Part shown: piece after piece, positions 20,434-29,583 of the stretch
Position numbering within the stretch: the stretch's first letter is position 1
Layout of the letters: each line of letters starts with the position of its first letter
Assembly (NCBI RefSeq): GCF_902764345.1
Contig: NZ_CACWVT010000005.1
Strand: one strand, 5' to 3'
Length of the DNA stretch: 64,000 nucleotides
DNA from: an uncultured Ruminobacter sp.
GTDB taxonomy: Bacteria; Pseudomonadota; Gammaproteobacteria; Enterobacterales; Succinivibrionaceae
Notes under the pieces: generated by a model
Database searches by the model: none
What the model saw: the letters and a program-made list of their open reading frames with translations, nothing else
Told to the model about the DNA's origin: nothing
Made by a program: the position numbers and the translations under genes

Positions 20434-21105
20434 ATGCAGAAATTAGCAAGAAGCCGAGGATGTTTTTCTGACAACATCCTGTCAATTGTTGCCAGCAGCA
20501 GAATCATTCCAATAATAGATGTCACGGACGGTTTCGATTATCGGAAACTACTTGCCATGTATTACGACAACGGATTCCGTACCATTGAAATACGAATGAA
20601 TTCTCCTTACGTGAAACAGCTTGTTGATGTTGTTCAAAAGGATTTTCCAAATACCTATATATTTGCCGGCACATGCCTTTCGACACAGGATATAACTAAA
20701 GCCAGAGGCTTGGGACTGGACATTCTCATATCCCCGGTATTCGACCCCAAACTTATGGAATTTTGTTGCTTACACAATCAGCCATATATTCCCTGTGTCA
20801 ATTCCGTGGAATCATTAAATATTGCACTGTCCATGGGATTTTCTGTGCTAAAATTTTATCCGGCAGAAAAATACGGAGGCGTGGATTTTCTGCGCAAAGT
20901 TTACAAAGATTATGATGTAAGATTCATGCCCTCTGGAGGCATCACCTTAGAAATAATCAAGGATTACATCAATGAACCAAACGTGGCCGCCTGTTGCACA
21001 TCCCATATATCACCATTGAAACTTCAGGAAGAAAACAATTGGATTGATATTGAGAAGAATATAACTCGGGCAGCAAAAATTTTGTTAGAAACATCGGAAG
21101 CATAA
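20434..21105 (+). CDS. KDPG/KHG aldolase (Eda) family TIM-barrel protein, divergent
   Basis: It aligns by eye with E. coli Eda: IEIRMNS (Glu45 region), FAGTC (GAGTV), LKFYPAEKYGGV (FKFFPAEANGGV, the Schiff-base Lys) and VRFMPSGGI (VRFCPTGGI). Confidence 0.65.
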   Translation: MQKLARSRGCFSDNILSIVASSRIIPIIDVTDGFDYRKLLAMYYDNGFRTIEIRMNSPYVKQLVDVVQKDFPNTYIFAGTCLSTQDITKARGLGLDILISPVFDPKLMEFCCLHNQPYIPCVNSVESLNIALSMGFSVLKFYPAEKYGGVDFLRKVYKDYDVRFMPSGGITLEIIKDYINEPNVAACCTSHISPLKLQEENNWIDIEKNITRAAKILLETSEA

Positions 21106-22164
21106 ATGAGTAACGTATTTAATCAAACTCCGCTACAGATACTCACAGGTTTTCTCGGCAGCGGAAAAACCACCTTATTGAACAAAGTTGTTAACAACCC
21201 TGAAATGAAAGGCACCGTACTCATCATTAACGAAGTCGGTGAAATTCCTATCGATAACAAACTTATCTCTGGTGATAATCCTGTTATTGTTCTGGACTCC
21301 GGATGTATCTGCTGTACAGTACAGGATGGACTAGTAAACGTACTTCACTACCTTATTGAAGAACGCGACAACAATCCTGAATTTGATTTTAACAGGGTAA
21401 TTATTGAAACTACCGGTATCGCAGATCCTGCTCCTATTATTGATCTTATTTTCCACTACGAAGATATCCTAATTAACTATAACTTTGCAGGTACAATAAC
21501 CGTAGTTGATGGTATCAATGCAAAGGAAGAACTGGCTCATAACTATGAATCAGTCAAACAGATCGCCATGGCTGACAAAATTATTATCAGTAAAACCGAC
21601 AGACTCAGCCAGGATGAAATCGAAGCACTGAAAAACACAGTTGAAGACTTAAACCAGTCTGCAGACGTATATCTCAGCAGTCTGGACAATCCTCCAATGG
21701 ACGCTTTCACCTCTTTTGATATCTTTAATACCCCAAAAGACATCAAAACCGCAATGAAATGGATAAACTCAAAAAGAAGTGATTATAAACTGGCTTCCGG
21801 CATGGCTCCGGTAAAAATGTCAGGAGTTATGAACAAGACATTGCCGATTCATTCAAATTACCAGACAATTGCCATGTCTTTTGACAAACCCCTTAACAGA
21901 TTTACAGTTATTCACGCTTTTGATGCCATCAATTCACAGTTTGGTGAATCAATCATCCGTCTTAAAGGTATTTTTGACTTCAATGACGGATATCCGTTCA
22001 TTATTCACGGGGTTCAGGGTGAATGCTATCCTATAACCAACCAGATAGAATGGGAAGACAAGCCATTCTCTCAGATGGTTGTTATCGTATCACCAAGAAT
22101 AGCAGAACAGGTTGAACTCATGCTGAAACAGATGATAAGACCACTTGATGATTCAGAGGAATAA
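21106..22164 (+). CDS. COG0523 / CobW-family G3E GTPase (putative metallochaperone)
   Basis: Walker A GFLGSGKTTLL, the CxCC metal motif (SGCICCTV), ETTGIADP, SKTD, and a CobW C-terminal domain. The start abuts the upstream stop (TAAATG). Confidence 0.85.
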   Translation: MSNVFNQTPLQILTGFLGSGKTTLLNKVVNNPEMKGTVLIINEVGEIPIDNKLISGDNPVIVLDSGCICCTVQDGLVNVLHYLIEERDNNPEFDFNRVIIETTGIADPAPIIDLIFHYEDILINYNFAGTITVVDGINAKEELAHNYESVKQIAMADKIIISKTDRLSQDEIEALKNTVEDLNQSADVYLSSLDNPPMDAFTSFDIFNTPKDIKTAMKWINSKRSDYKLASGMAPVKMSGVMNKTLPIHSNYQTIAMSFDKPLNRFTVIHAFDAINSQFGESIIRLKGIFDFNDGYPFIIHGVQGECYPITNQIEWEDKPFSQMVVIVSPRIAEQVELMLKQMIRPLDDSEE

Positions 22165-22244
22165 AATCCGTATATGAAATTCCCCCTGCTTTCAAAACGT
22201 TGACAGGGGGAAACATATTATTATTTTCAGCTCAAAAGTTGTCG

Positions 22245-23228
22245 CTATCTGTAGACAGGCATTACCAGTTTCTTGAAATCAAGCCCGTTTGCATACAGAT
22301 CCACAGCATCCACACCATTCACATCAAACCCGAGAGCTCCCAAACTATTCTGCATATTTATCAGAATCTGATTGTCATTCTCAGGGTCAATTAATGGCAC
22401 TACCACACTCTGATTTGTAATCATAAAATTGAGATAGCTTCCTGCAACGGAATATTTAAAGCCCCTATCACGATATGTGGCATATCCCGCACCTTCGTAT
22501 CTGCCAAAAGGAATTGTTTTAATAATATACTCACGTCCCTCTGAATCACGTTCACCTGAAACCATCCCGAAAACATGATTTAGCAGCTTATAAAAAGGAT
22601 TTTTCTCCTCGTGAGGAACATTGTTAAGCACCACGATTCCGGGGCCGACAAAACGTAATAAATCTGTAACTGACTGAACATGTATATCCGGAAAATCTGT
22701 GTCCCTTATCAGCATAATCCTATGAACACGACCAAATTTTTCGAACATATTCCTCAAAGATTCTAATGTGAAACCGCATAAATTCAGGTTAGATTGGAGA
22801 ACAACAAAAGTACCTTCGCCATCTGTTTCGAAATCGAGATGTGACAAAAGCTTTTTCTCTGAAAAGTTTAAACAGTGATAATTATTAAAACCGTTTAAAA
22901 CAGACGTAGCCTTACAGGAAATATCCGCTCCCGTAACCACTTTTGAAGCCCCGTCCTCGTATACAAAATGAACATGAAGATCATCTGCATAGACCCCGTC
23001 ACAGTCAATTTTATACATGGTTATGTGTTTGGGAATTATAAAACGAGCCCTTTCATACTCATTTTCTGATACGGCCACAAATACCGGGGTGTGCATGGAA
23101 ACAGCTGCAACAAACCTTGCAAAAGATTTCTGAAGTGGAACTGCTTCGTCATGATAATTACATAAACTGCTAGGCCACAGTGCCCATACTGCCCTGTGGG
23201 CATCAAATACCGAATGAATATGGTTCAT
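22245..23228 (-). CDS. Agmatine deiminase / PAD_porph family protein, apparently lacking catalytic Cys motif
   Basis: Family blocks VWALWP, VFVAVSENEYERARF, DGEGT, and AGSYLNFMITNQSVVVPLIDPENDN (compare AGSYVNFLIVNGG..P.F.DP.D). The C-terminus reads ANGLDFKKLVMPVYR where GGGNIHCLTQQ is expected. The probable start is the ATG at 23228; the ORF extends to 23282. Confidence 0.55.
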   Translation of the reverse strand: MNHIHSVFDAHRAVWALWPSSLCNYHDEAVPLQKSFARFVAAVSMHTPVFVAVSENEYERARFIIPKHITMYKIDCDGVYADDLHVHFVYEDGASKVVTGADISCKATSVLNGFNNYHCLNFSEKKLLSHLDFETDGEGTFVVLQSNLNLCGFTLESLRNMFEKFGRVHRIMLIRDTDFPDIHVQSVTDLLRFVGPGIVVLNNVPHEEKNPFYKLLNHVFGMVSGERDSEGREYIIKTIPFGRYEGAGYATYRDRGFKYSVAGSYLNFMITNQSVVVPLIDPENDNQILINMQNSLGALGFDVNGVDAVDLYANGLDFKKLVMPVYR

Positions 23229-23593
23229 GAACACATGTCTCCTAAGATTATGAATTAATGTAAAAAACGTAAGTAATTTCATTTAAGCATACAATCACCT
23301 TTATGTAAACTGTGCACTTAAATTCAATATGGTATCCATAATTGCACTGCTACCTGTAGTCACAATGTATTAAACAAATCGAAATTATCAACATAATCAG
23401 AGTTATTCCTCCTCTCGGTACAAGTAATTTTCGTTTTTGTGCATACTCACATTTTGTTGTCCGTTCAGAATAAAGCACGCATTACAGCAATTTAAAAAAT
23501 AGCTGTATTGTGCTATAATTCATCTGATTTTTCATGTTTAAACATCACCGCTGTAATGAGCTTTACGGCGGCTCAAAGAGTAAAGACAAAACT

Positions 23594-26026
23594 ATGAGCG
23601 AACAAGATAAAGAATATAATGGGGATTCAATCAAAGTATTAAAAGGATTGGATCCTGTTCGCAAACGACCAGGTATGTATATTGGTGATACAGACGATGG
23701 TTCAGGTTTGCACCATATGGTCTTCGAAGTTGTGGATAATGCTATTGACGAAGCATTGGCGGGCTTCTGTAAAAACATCAACGTTGTCATTCATGCCGAT
23801 GGTTCTGTTTCCGTAGAAGATGATGGCCGTGGTATACCTGTAGACATTCACCCTGAAGAAGGTGTTTCTTCAGCGGAAGTTGTAATGACAATTCTTCATG
23901 CCGGCGGTAAATTTGACCAGAACTCATACAAAGTTTCTGGTGGTCTTCATGGTGTAGGTGTTTCAGTTGTAAACGCTTTGTCTGACAAATTACAGCTCAC
24001 AATTAAAAGACAGGGACATATTTGGCAGCAGACCTACGTTGACGGAGGACATCCAACAGCTCCTCTGAAAGCCATAGGCGATACAAGTGAGACTGGTACA
24101 AAAATTCATTTCTGGCCAAGCCCTTCAATTTTTGCCATTACAGAGTTTGACTACACAAAGTTACAGACCAGACTGAGAGAGTTATCGTTCCTAAACTCCG
24201 GTGTAAGAATAAACCTTACAGACGAACGTGTCGAAAACAAGCACGATGAATTCCATTATCAGGGCGGAATTCAGTCCTTCATCGAATACCTTAACCACGG
24301 TAAGAACAAACTTACAGAAAAGCTGTTCTACTGTGCTAAATTCGATCAAAAGGAAGGAATTAATGTTGAAGTGGCAGTTCAGTATACTGATGCCTATGCG
24401 GACAATACTTTCTGCTTCACCAATAATATTCCACAGAAAGATGGCGGTACACATCGTGACGGCTTCAGAAGAGGTCTTGTTTCCGCAGTAAAAGAGTATA
24501 TTAAAGAATGTAGCTTCATTCCTAAAAAGGATAAGGATAACATCGATATTCTTCACAGTGACGCTGTTGACGGCATCACTGCTATAGTTTCTGTAAAGGT
24601 TCCTGATCCTAAGTTCTCTTCTCAGACAAAGGACAAACTGGTTTCGTCTGAAGTTTCATCATGTGTCAGCTCTATAGTTAGTGAAAAATTTTTGGAATTT
24701 TTAAATGAAAATCCAACTGAAGCTAAACTGATTATAGAAAGAATTCTTTCAACTTCAGAGTACAGAAAAGAAGCAAAGAAGATCAGAGAACGTTTCAATA
24801 AAAAGGACGCTATTTCTAACCTTCCGGGCAAGCTTGTTAACTGTTCAAGCAAGAAACCGGAAGAATGTGAACTTTACATAGTGGAAGGTGACTCCGCTGG
24901 CGGTAGTGCAAAATCAGGCAGAAAACCTGAATATCAGGCAATTCTCCCGTTACGCGGTAAGATTCTGAATGTTGAAAAAACCAGATTCGACAAGATCATC
25001 AGTTCTGAAACCATCGGAACCCTGATTAATGCTCTTGGATGCGGTATCAGGGATGCATACAATCCTGATAATCTGAGATATCACAACATCGTAATCATGA
25101 CCGATGCGGATGTGGATGGTGCACACATCAGAATTCTGTTGCTGACATTTTTCTACAGACAGTTACCTGATCTGATTGAAAGAGGTTACGTATACATTGC
25201 TCAGCCTCCGCTCTACAAATACAGTAAATCTGAGAAGAATTTCAGGTACATAACTGACGAAGTTGAAAAGAACGAGTATGAAACATCATTGGCACTTAAT
25301 GATGCTCAGCTTTTTGTTAATCCTGATGCGCCTCCGATTTTCGGTCAGCCTTTAGAATCCATTTTCCTGCAGTATGTTAACCTGTTCCCTCTTTACAGAC
25401 GTATTGACAGAAGAATTCCTGAGATGCTTACCAGCGAACTGGTCTTCATAGATCCGTTAACTGAAGATTCCATGAAGGATGTATCTAAATTCGAATCATG
25501 GAAAAATGCGTTCGAAGCAAGACTGAAGAAGAAAGAAGTTCCGGGCCTTGTTTTCTCTGTTCATACAAAGTTTAGAGAAGATAAAGAATCTTATTACCCT
25601 GAAGTCAGTGTTCTTCATTACGGGGTTACTAAGAACTATTCTTTGCCTTACGAATTCTTTGTAAGTCAGGACTATGCGAAGATTGCTAAGGTATCCAAGC
25701 TTATTAATGGCTTACTCGAAGAGAATGCATACGTAAGATGTGGAACCAAAACCCAGAATGTAACTGATTTTGGTCAAGTTCATGATTTCCTGCTTAAGGA
25801 AGGTTTAAGCGGAATCAAGATCATGCGCTTCAAGGGTTTAGGTGAGATGAATCCTGAAGAACTTTTTGATACTACAATGAATCCTGATCATCGTGTATTC
25901 TTAAAAGTAACTTTAAATGATGCCATCGAAGCTAACGAAGCCTTTACCAAATTAATGGGCGAAGAAGTGGCTCCTCGTAAGGAATTTATCTCAGAAAATG
26001 CGCATCTAGCTGAAATTGATGCCTAG
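23594..26026 (+). CDS. gyrB: DNA gyrase subunit B
   Basis: MSEQDKEYNGDSIKVLKGLDPVRKRPGMYIGDT, the GHKL ATPase, the Toprim EGDSAGG, and the about 170-aa gammaproteobacterial insertion. The ORF-track start at 23534 adds 20 non-homologous residues. Confidence 0.95.
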   Translation: MSEQDKEYNGDSIKVLKGLDPVRKRPGMYIGDTDDGSGLHHMVFEVVDNAIDEALAGFCKNINVVIHADGSVSVEDDGRGIPVDIHPEEGVSSAEVVMTILHAGGKFDQNSYKVSGGLHGVGVSVVNALSDKLQLTIKRQGHIWQQTYVDGGHPTAPLKAIGDTSETGTKIHFWPSPSIFAITEFDYTKLQTRLRELSFLNSGVRINLTDERVENKHDEFHYQGGIQSFIEYLNHGKNKLTEKLFYCAKFDQKEGINVEVAVQYTDAYADNTFCFTNNIPQKDGGTHRDGFRRGLVSAVKEYIKECSFIPKKDKDNIDILHSDAVDGITAIVSVKVPDPKFSSQTKDKLVSSEVSSCVSSIVSEKFLEFLNENPTEAKLIIERILSTSEYRKEAKKIRERFNKKDAISNLPGKLVNCSSKKPEECELYIVEGDSAGGSAKSGRKPEYQAILPLRGKILNVEKTRFDKIISSETIGTLINALGCGIRDAYNPDNLRYHNIVIMTDADVDGAHIRILLLTFFYRQLPDLIERGYVYIAQPPLYKYSKSEKNFRYITDEVEKNEYETSLALNDAQLFVNPDAPPIFGQPLESIFLQYVNLFPLYRRIDRRIPEMLTSELVFIDPLTEDSMKDVSKFESWKNAFEARLKKKEVPGLVFSVHTKFREDKESYYPEVSVLHYGVTKNYSLPYEFFVSQDYAKIAKVSKLINGLLEENAYVRCGTKTQNVTDFGQVHDFLLKEGLSGIKIMRFKGLGEMNPEELFDTTMNPDHRVFLKVTLNDAIEANEAFTKLMGEEVAPRKEFISENAHLAEIDA

Positions 26027-26077
26027 TAAATTACCTAATTAATGTGGACTAATAATCGTTCCACTATTTGTTAAACA

Positions 26078-26113
26078 GGCCGGTAATGAACATTTACCGG
26101 CCGTTTTCTTTTT
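26078..26113 (+). terminator. Rho-independent terminator after gyrB
   Basis: GGCCGGTAA-TGAACAT-TTACCGGCC followed by GTTTTCTTTTT. Confidence 0.8.
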
Positions 26114-26150
26114 ACAATTAGAGATTCTAAAATTTAAAAAATGATATTCA

Positions 26151-26182
26151 AAATCAAAAAGGGAGAAGTCATAGCTTCTCCC
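26151..26182 (-). terminator. Rho-independent terminator after ompA
   Basis: The minus strand reads GGGAGAAG-CTATGA-CTTCTCCC followed by TTTTTGATTTT. Confidence 0.75.
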
Positions 26183-26221
26183 TTCTTAAATTATTTCAAG
26201 TTAATAATTCTATTATGAATA

Positions 26222-27265
26222 TTACTTGGTTTCGATAACCTGCTTAACGCCAGAGAACTTAACTTCTACACGACGATCTGGAGCAAGACATTCAATTAAC
26301 TTCTTACGGTTCTTGATATTGTCACATTCAGTGCCGGTAACTGGTCTTGATTCACCGTAACCTTCAGCAGAGATAGCAGACTGATCAACACCGTTAGCGA
26401 TGAATTCTTCAACAACGGTTTCAGCACGCTTCTTTGAAAGCTTCATGTTAGCAGCTTCTGAACCAATACGGTCAGTGTGACCTTCTACGCGAATTGAAAC
26501 ATCCTTTAAGTCGTTTTCACGAATCTTCTGGGTTTCGGTAGCAATACGGTTCTTACCATTTGCAGATAAGCTTGAGCTGCCGAAATCAAATAAGGTTGCA
26601 GCATCTAAAGAAATGGTTTCGTTAATTACTACGGTTTCTGGAGCCTTTGGAGCAACTACAGGAGCAGGAGCTGGTGCAGCACCGCCAAATTTCCATTCAA
26701 GACCTAAATTTACATTCTGAAGATTTGGAGCATAGCCGAACTTAGAAGCACTATCCATGAACTTGTGAGCATATAAGTACTCAAGACGGAGAGTGAAGTC
26801 ATCACCTAAACCGATGCGGGTACCAGCACCAACTAATGGAGAGGTATGGAATGCATTCTTACCGTAAGCATCATCCTTAACAGTAGCGAATAAAGCACCT
26901 AACTTAACGAAAACATCAGAATCCTTGGTAATTGGGTATGAAGGAACAATTGCTGCTTCAGCACCGTGAACGTAGTAATCACCAAGCTTCTTGCTGTCAT
27001 TGTAGCCCTTGTTGGCAAACTTACCGAGATAGTCATAACCAGCTTCAATACCTAAGAAGTTGGTGAAATTATAACCGGCATACAGACCTGCATCAAAATC
27101 ATTGCTGGTCTTGCGGTCAGCAGTGTCAACCCAACGAGACTGATGACCCATTACATGGCTCCAACCACCCTTCACACCGATATAACCGGTATTTTCTTCT
27201 GCCGCAAAGGCATTACCACCAATAAAAGCACCTAATACGGCCACAGCTAATAAACTTTTCTTCAT
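26222..27265 (-). CDS. ompA: OmpA family outer membrane protein
   Basis: A signal peptide, an N-terminal beta-barrel with aromatic-rich strands, an APAPAPVVAPKAP hinge, and a C-terminal OmpA-like domain (VEGHTDRIGSEAANMKLSKKRAETV). Confidence 0.9.
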   Translation of the reverse strand: MKKSLLAVAVLGAFIGGNAFAAEENTGYIGVKGGWSHVMGHQSRWVDTADRKTSNDFDAGLYAGYNFTNFLGIEAGYDYLGKFANKGYNDSKKLGDYYVHGAEAAIVPSYPITKDSDVFVKLGALFATVKDDAYGKNAFHTSPLVGAGTRIGLGDDFTLRLEYLYAHKFMDSASKFGYAPNLQNVNLGLEWKFGGAAPAPAPVVAPKAPETVVINETISLDAATLFDFGSSSLSANGKNRIATETQKIRENDLKDVSIRVEGHTDRIGSEAANMKLSKKRAETVVEEFIANGVDQSAISAEGYGESRPVTGTECDNIKNRKKLIECLAPDRRVEVKFSGVKQVIETK

Positions 27266-27506
27266 AAATATCTTCCTTCGTTCTTAATATTATTTTAAGT
27301 ATAAAAAAAATTTATACTATTCTATTATATTTGAATATACGAACAATCTTATTATAAAGTATGCTTAATCAAAAATCAAACATATTAAAAACAATAAAAT
27401 TACAGTTTATTAATAATTCACCTTGTCCCCATATTCGGCGATTTATTAGAATCGTCGTATCCATTAATCTTAAAAAATCTAAATGATTACTGATAAAAAA
27501 CTAAAA

Positions 27507-28130
27507 TTAAAATATAAACTTTGGCAACTGCTCAATAAACATGTCTACAAGAGGCTTGTTAAAATCGACTATATCAGATTGGGCTCCGTCAACATACTGC
27601 ATGATATACCCGGTTATAACCGAACAGAGAAAATTTGAGGCTTTTACAGGATCTACGTTCTCCGGAAGCTCTTTTTTCTTTATGGCATCTTTGATAAGAA
27701 GCAGGTAATTCTTGTTGAAATCACTGTTTATGTCTCTTAACATCTTTTTTATTCTTTTACTGCCGTGATTTCCCCAAAGCACATTATTAATTATCTTTAT
27801 AAATAAGATGTTATCCTTACATCTAAGTGATTCATTTATTGTGTATAACCACTCTCTCAGACTCTGCAACGGAGAAAGGTTATCCCTATTAATGGCTTCG
27901 ACAAGGTGAAAAAGGTTGGTATCCGCATCTATCATGTCCTTGCAGAGTTCAATGAATAAATCATCCTTGTTCTGGAAATACCAGTAAATAGCACCTCTCG
28001 TAACTCCGGCCACGTCTGCTATGTCACTAAGATTTGTTTTCTCATAGCCCTTTTCACAGAACAGTTGCTTGGCAACATCCATTATATTTTGTTTTGTTTT
28101 CAGTGCTTCTTCTCTTGTTTTCCTAACCAT
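27507..28130 (-). CDS. TetR/AcrR family transcriptional repressor
   Basis: An N-terminal HTH (FCEKGYEKTNLSDIADVAGVTRGAIYWYF). It is divergent from the RND pump operon. Confidence 0.9.
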   Translation of the reverse strand: MVRKTREEALKTKQNIMDVAKQLFCEKGYEKTNLSDIADVAGVTRGAIYWYFQNKDDLFIELCKDMIDADTNLFHLVEAINRDNLSPLQSLREWLYTINESLRCKDNILFIKIINNVLWGNHGSKRIKKMLRDINSDFNKNYLLLIKDAIKKKELPENVDPVKASNFLCSVITGYIMQYVDGAQSDIVDFNKPLVDMFIEQLPKFIF

Positions 28131-28241
28131 TTAAAAATTACTCTCTACGTAATATATGATTCTGAACCGTCATCTTTATCCATACTGACCATAAGAACAG
28201 TTTGACATATCCATATTAACATACGAATTGACTAATTATAT

Positions 28242-28264
28242 ATGTAATTGTTTGTTAATTACAT
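28242..28264. promoter_or_regulatory. Inverted repeat, candidate TetR-family operator
   Basis: ATGTAATT-N7-AATTACAT in the regulator/pump divergent intergenic region. Confidence 0.4.
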
Positions 28265-28298
28265 TAAATTTCACTTATCCATTCAACCAATAGTATAT

Positions 28299-28320
28299 AT
28301 ACATACTTATATGTATGTAT
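28299..28320. promoter_or_regulatory. Inverted repeat, candidate TetR-family operator
   Basis: ATACATAC-TTATAT-GTATGTAT, about 60 nt upstream of the adaptor gene ATG. Confidence 0.4.
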
Positions 28321-28380
28321 AGAAAAAAAGAAAAAAAATGGCTATAATTGTAAGCGTACACTAATATTTGGAGCACTATA

Positions 28381-29571
28381 ATGCACTATCATTCAAAAAA
28401 ACTAAACAAGACAGCTTTTTTTGCATGTATGTTAACCACTTTTTCAATTACAGCATGCGATAAAGCACCAAACAATCAAGCTCACGGCTTTGCGGCTCCT
28501 GTCGATTATCAGGAAATTACCTCCAAGGACATTCCGGTAATTTCGTCTCTTATCGGCAGAGCTACAGCCGTAAGAACAGCTGAAGTAAGACCTCAGGTTT
28601 CAGGCGTTATCTTAAAAAGATTTTTTACTGAAGGTTCGGTAGTCAATCAGGGAGATCAGCTCTATCAAATAGACCCGGCCATGTACGAAGCCCAGTTAGC
28701 CAGTGCCAAAGCCTCTCTTGCACAGGCTGAAGCAAATCTATACTCATCAAAGCTTAGATATGACAGATTCAGCAAATTAATAAACACCAATGCCATCAGT
28801 AAACAGGATTACGATGATGCTCTTGCAAGCAACAAAGCAGCAGAGGCTCAGGTTCTTGCAGCAAAAGCAGCCGTCAAAACAGCAGAAATAAACCTTGCCT
28901 ATACTAAAGTATACGCACCTATCACAGGGACTATAGGTCGTTCAAACGTAACTGAAGGAGCTCTGGTTACCAACAGTCAGGTAACGCCTATGGCTACAAT
29001 TCAGCAGTTGGATCCTATCTATGTTGACCTTGGATTATCGGTGACGGAACACCTCAACATGAAAAAGAATATGGCTGAAGGTTTGTTCGACCCAAATAAT
29101 TCAGGAAGTGAACAGGTTGAACTGTTCCTTGAAAACGGAGAAAAATTGGAACAGAAGGGATCTCTCGAATTTTCTGAGGTTACCGTCGACGAATCTACCG
29201 GTATGGTGAATGTGCGTGTAAAGGTTCCTAATCATAATCAATACATTCTCCCCGGAATGTACATCAAGGCGAACGTAAATCAGGGAATCCAGAAAGACGT
29301 TCTTCTTGTTCCTCAAGTAGCCGTTCTTCGACAGAATAATGGTACCAACATGGTATATACCATTAAGAGCGAAAATAACGTAAACACCGTTGAACAGCAC
29401 AACATTGTTATTAATGGTGAGTATGAACATGACTACATAGTAGTCAGTGGCATCAAGAAGAATGACAGGGTTATTACAACCAATCTTCAGAAAATCGGTC
29501 CCGGAGCTCCGGTTACCCCTATAGACAAGAAACCACAGACTGAAAACAGTGATGTGCAGAACAAGGAATAA
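28381..29571 (+). CDS. RND efflux periplasmic adaptor subunit (AcrA/MexA family)
   Basis: A lipoprotein-like signal (ITAC), a coiled-coil hairpin (AQLASAKASLAQAEANL...AAKAAVKTAEINLAYT) and the motif VYAPITGTIGRS. Confidence 0.9.
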   Translation: MHYHSKKLNKTAFFACMLTTFSITACDKAPNNQAHGFAAPVDYQEITSKDIPVISSLIGRATAVRTAEVRPQVSGVILKRFFTEGSVVNQGDQLYQIDPAMYEAQLASAKASLAQAEANLYSSKLRYDRFSKLINTNAISKQDYDDALASNKAAEAQVLAAKAAVKTAEINLAYTKVYAPITGTIGRSNVTEGALVTNSQVTPMATIQQLDPIYVDLGLSVTEHLNMKKNMAEGLFDPNNSGSEQVELFLENGEKLEQKGSLEFSEVTVDESTGMVNVRVKVPNHNQYILPGMYIKANVNQGIQKDVLLVPQVAVLRQNNGTNMVYTIKSENNVNTVEQHNIVINGEYEHDYIVVSGIKKNDRVITTNLQKIGPGAPVTPIDKKPQTENSDVQNKE

Positions 29572-29583
29572 AGGAAATAACCA

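Noticed and set aside
20603-20618. parS-like half-site CTCCTTACGTGAAACA inside the Eda-like gene
   Set aside because: Only the right half (ACGTGAAACA) matches and the left arm is unrelated, so it is probably chance.
23534-23593. N-terminal 20-aa extension of gyrB in the ORF track (MFKHHRCNELYGGSKSKDKT)
   Set aside because: It has no homology to GyrB, and the internal ATG at 23594 gives the canonical MSEQ...YNGDSIKVLKGL start. The same reasoning applies to the long ORF-track starts of yidC (41659), glnA (9908), parB (54613), the GT9 gene (567) and the PAD-like gene (23282).
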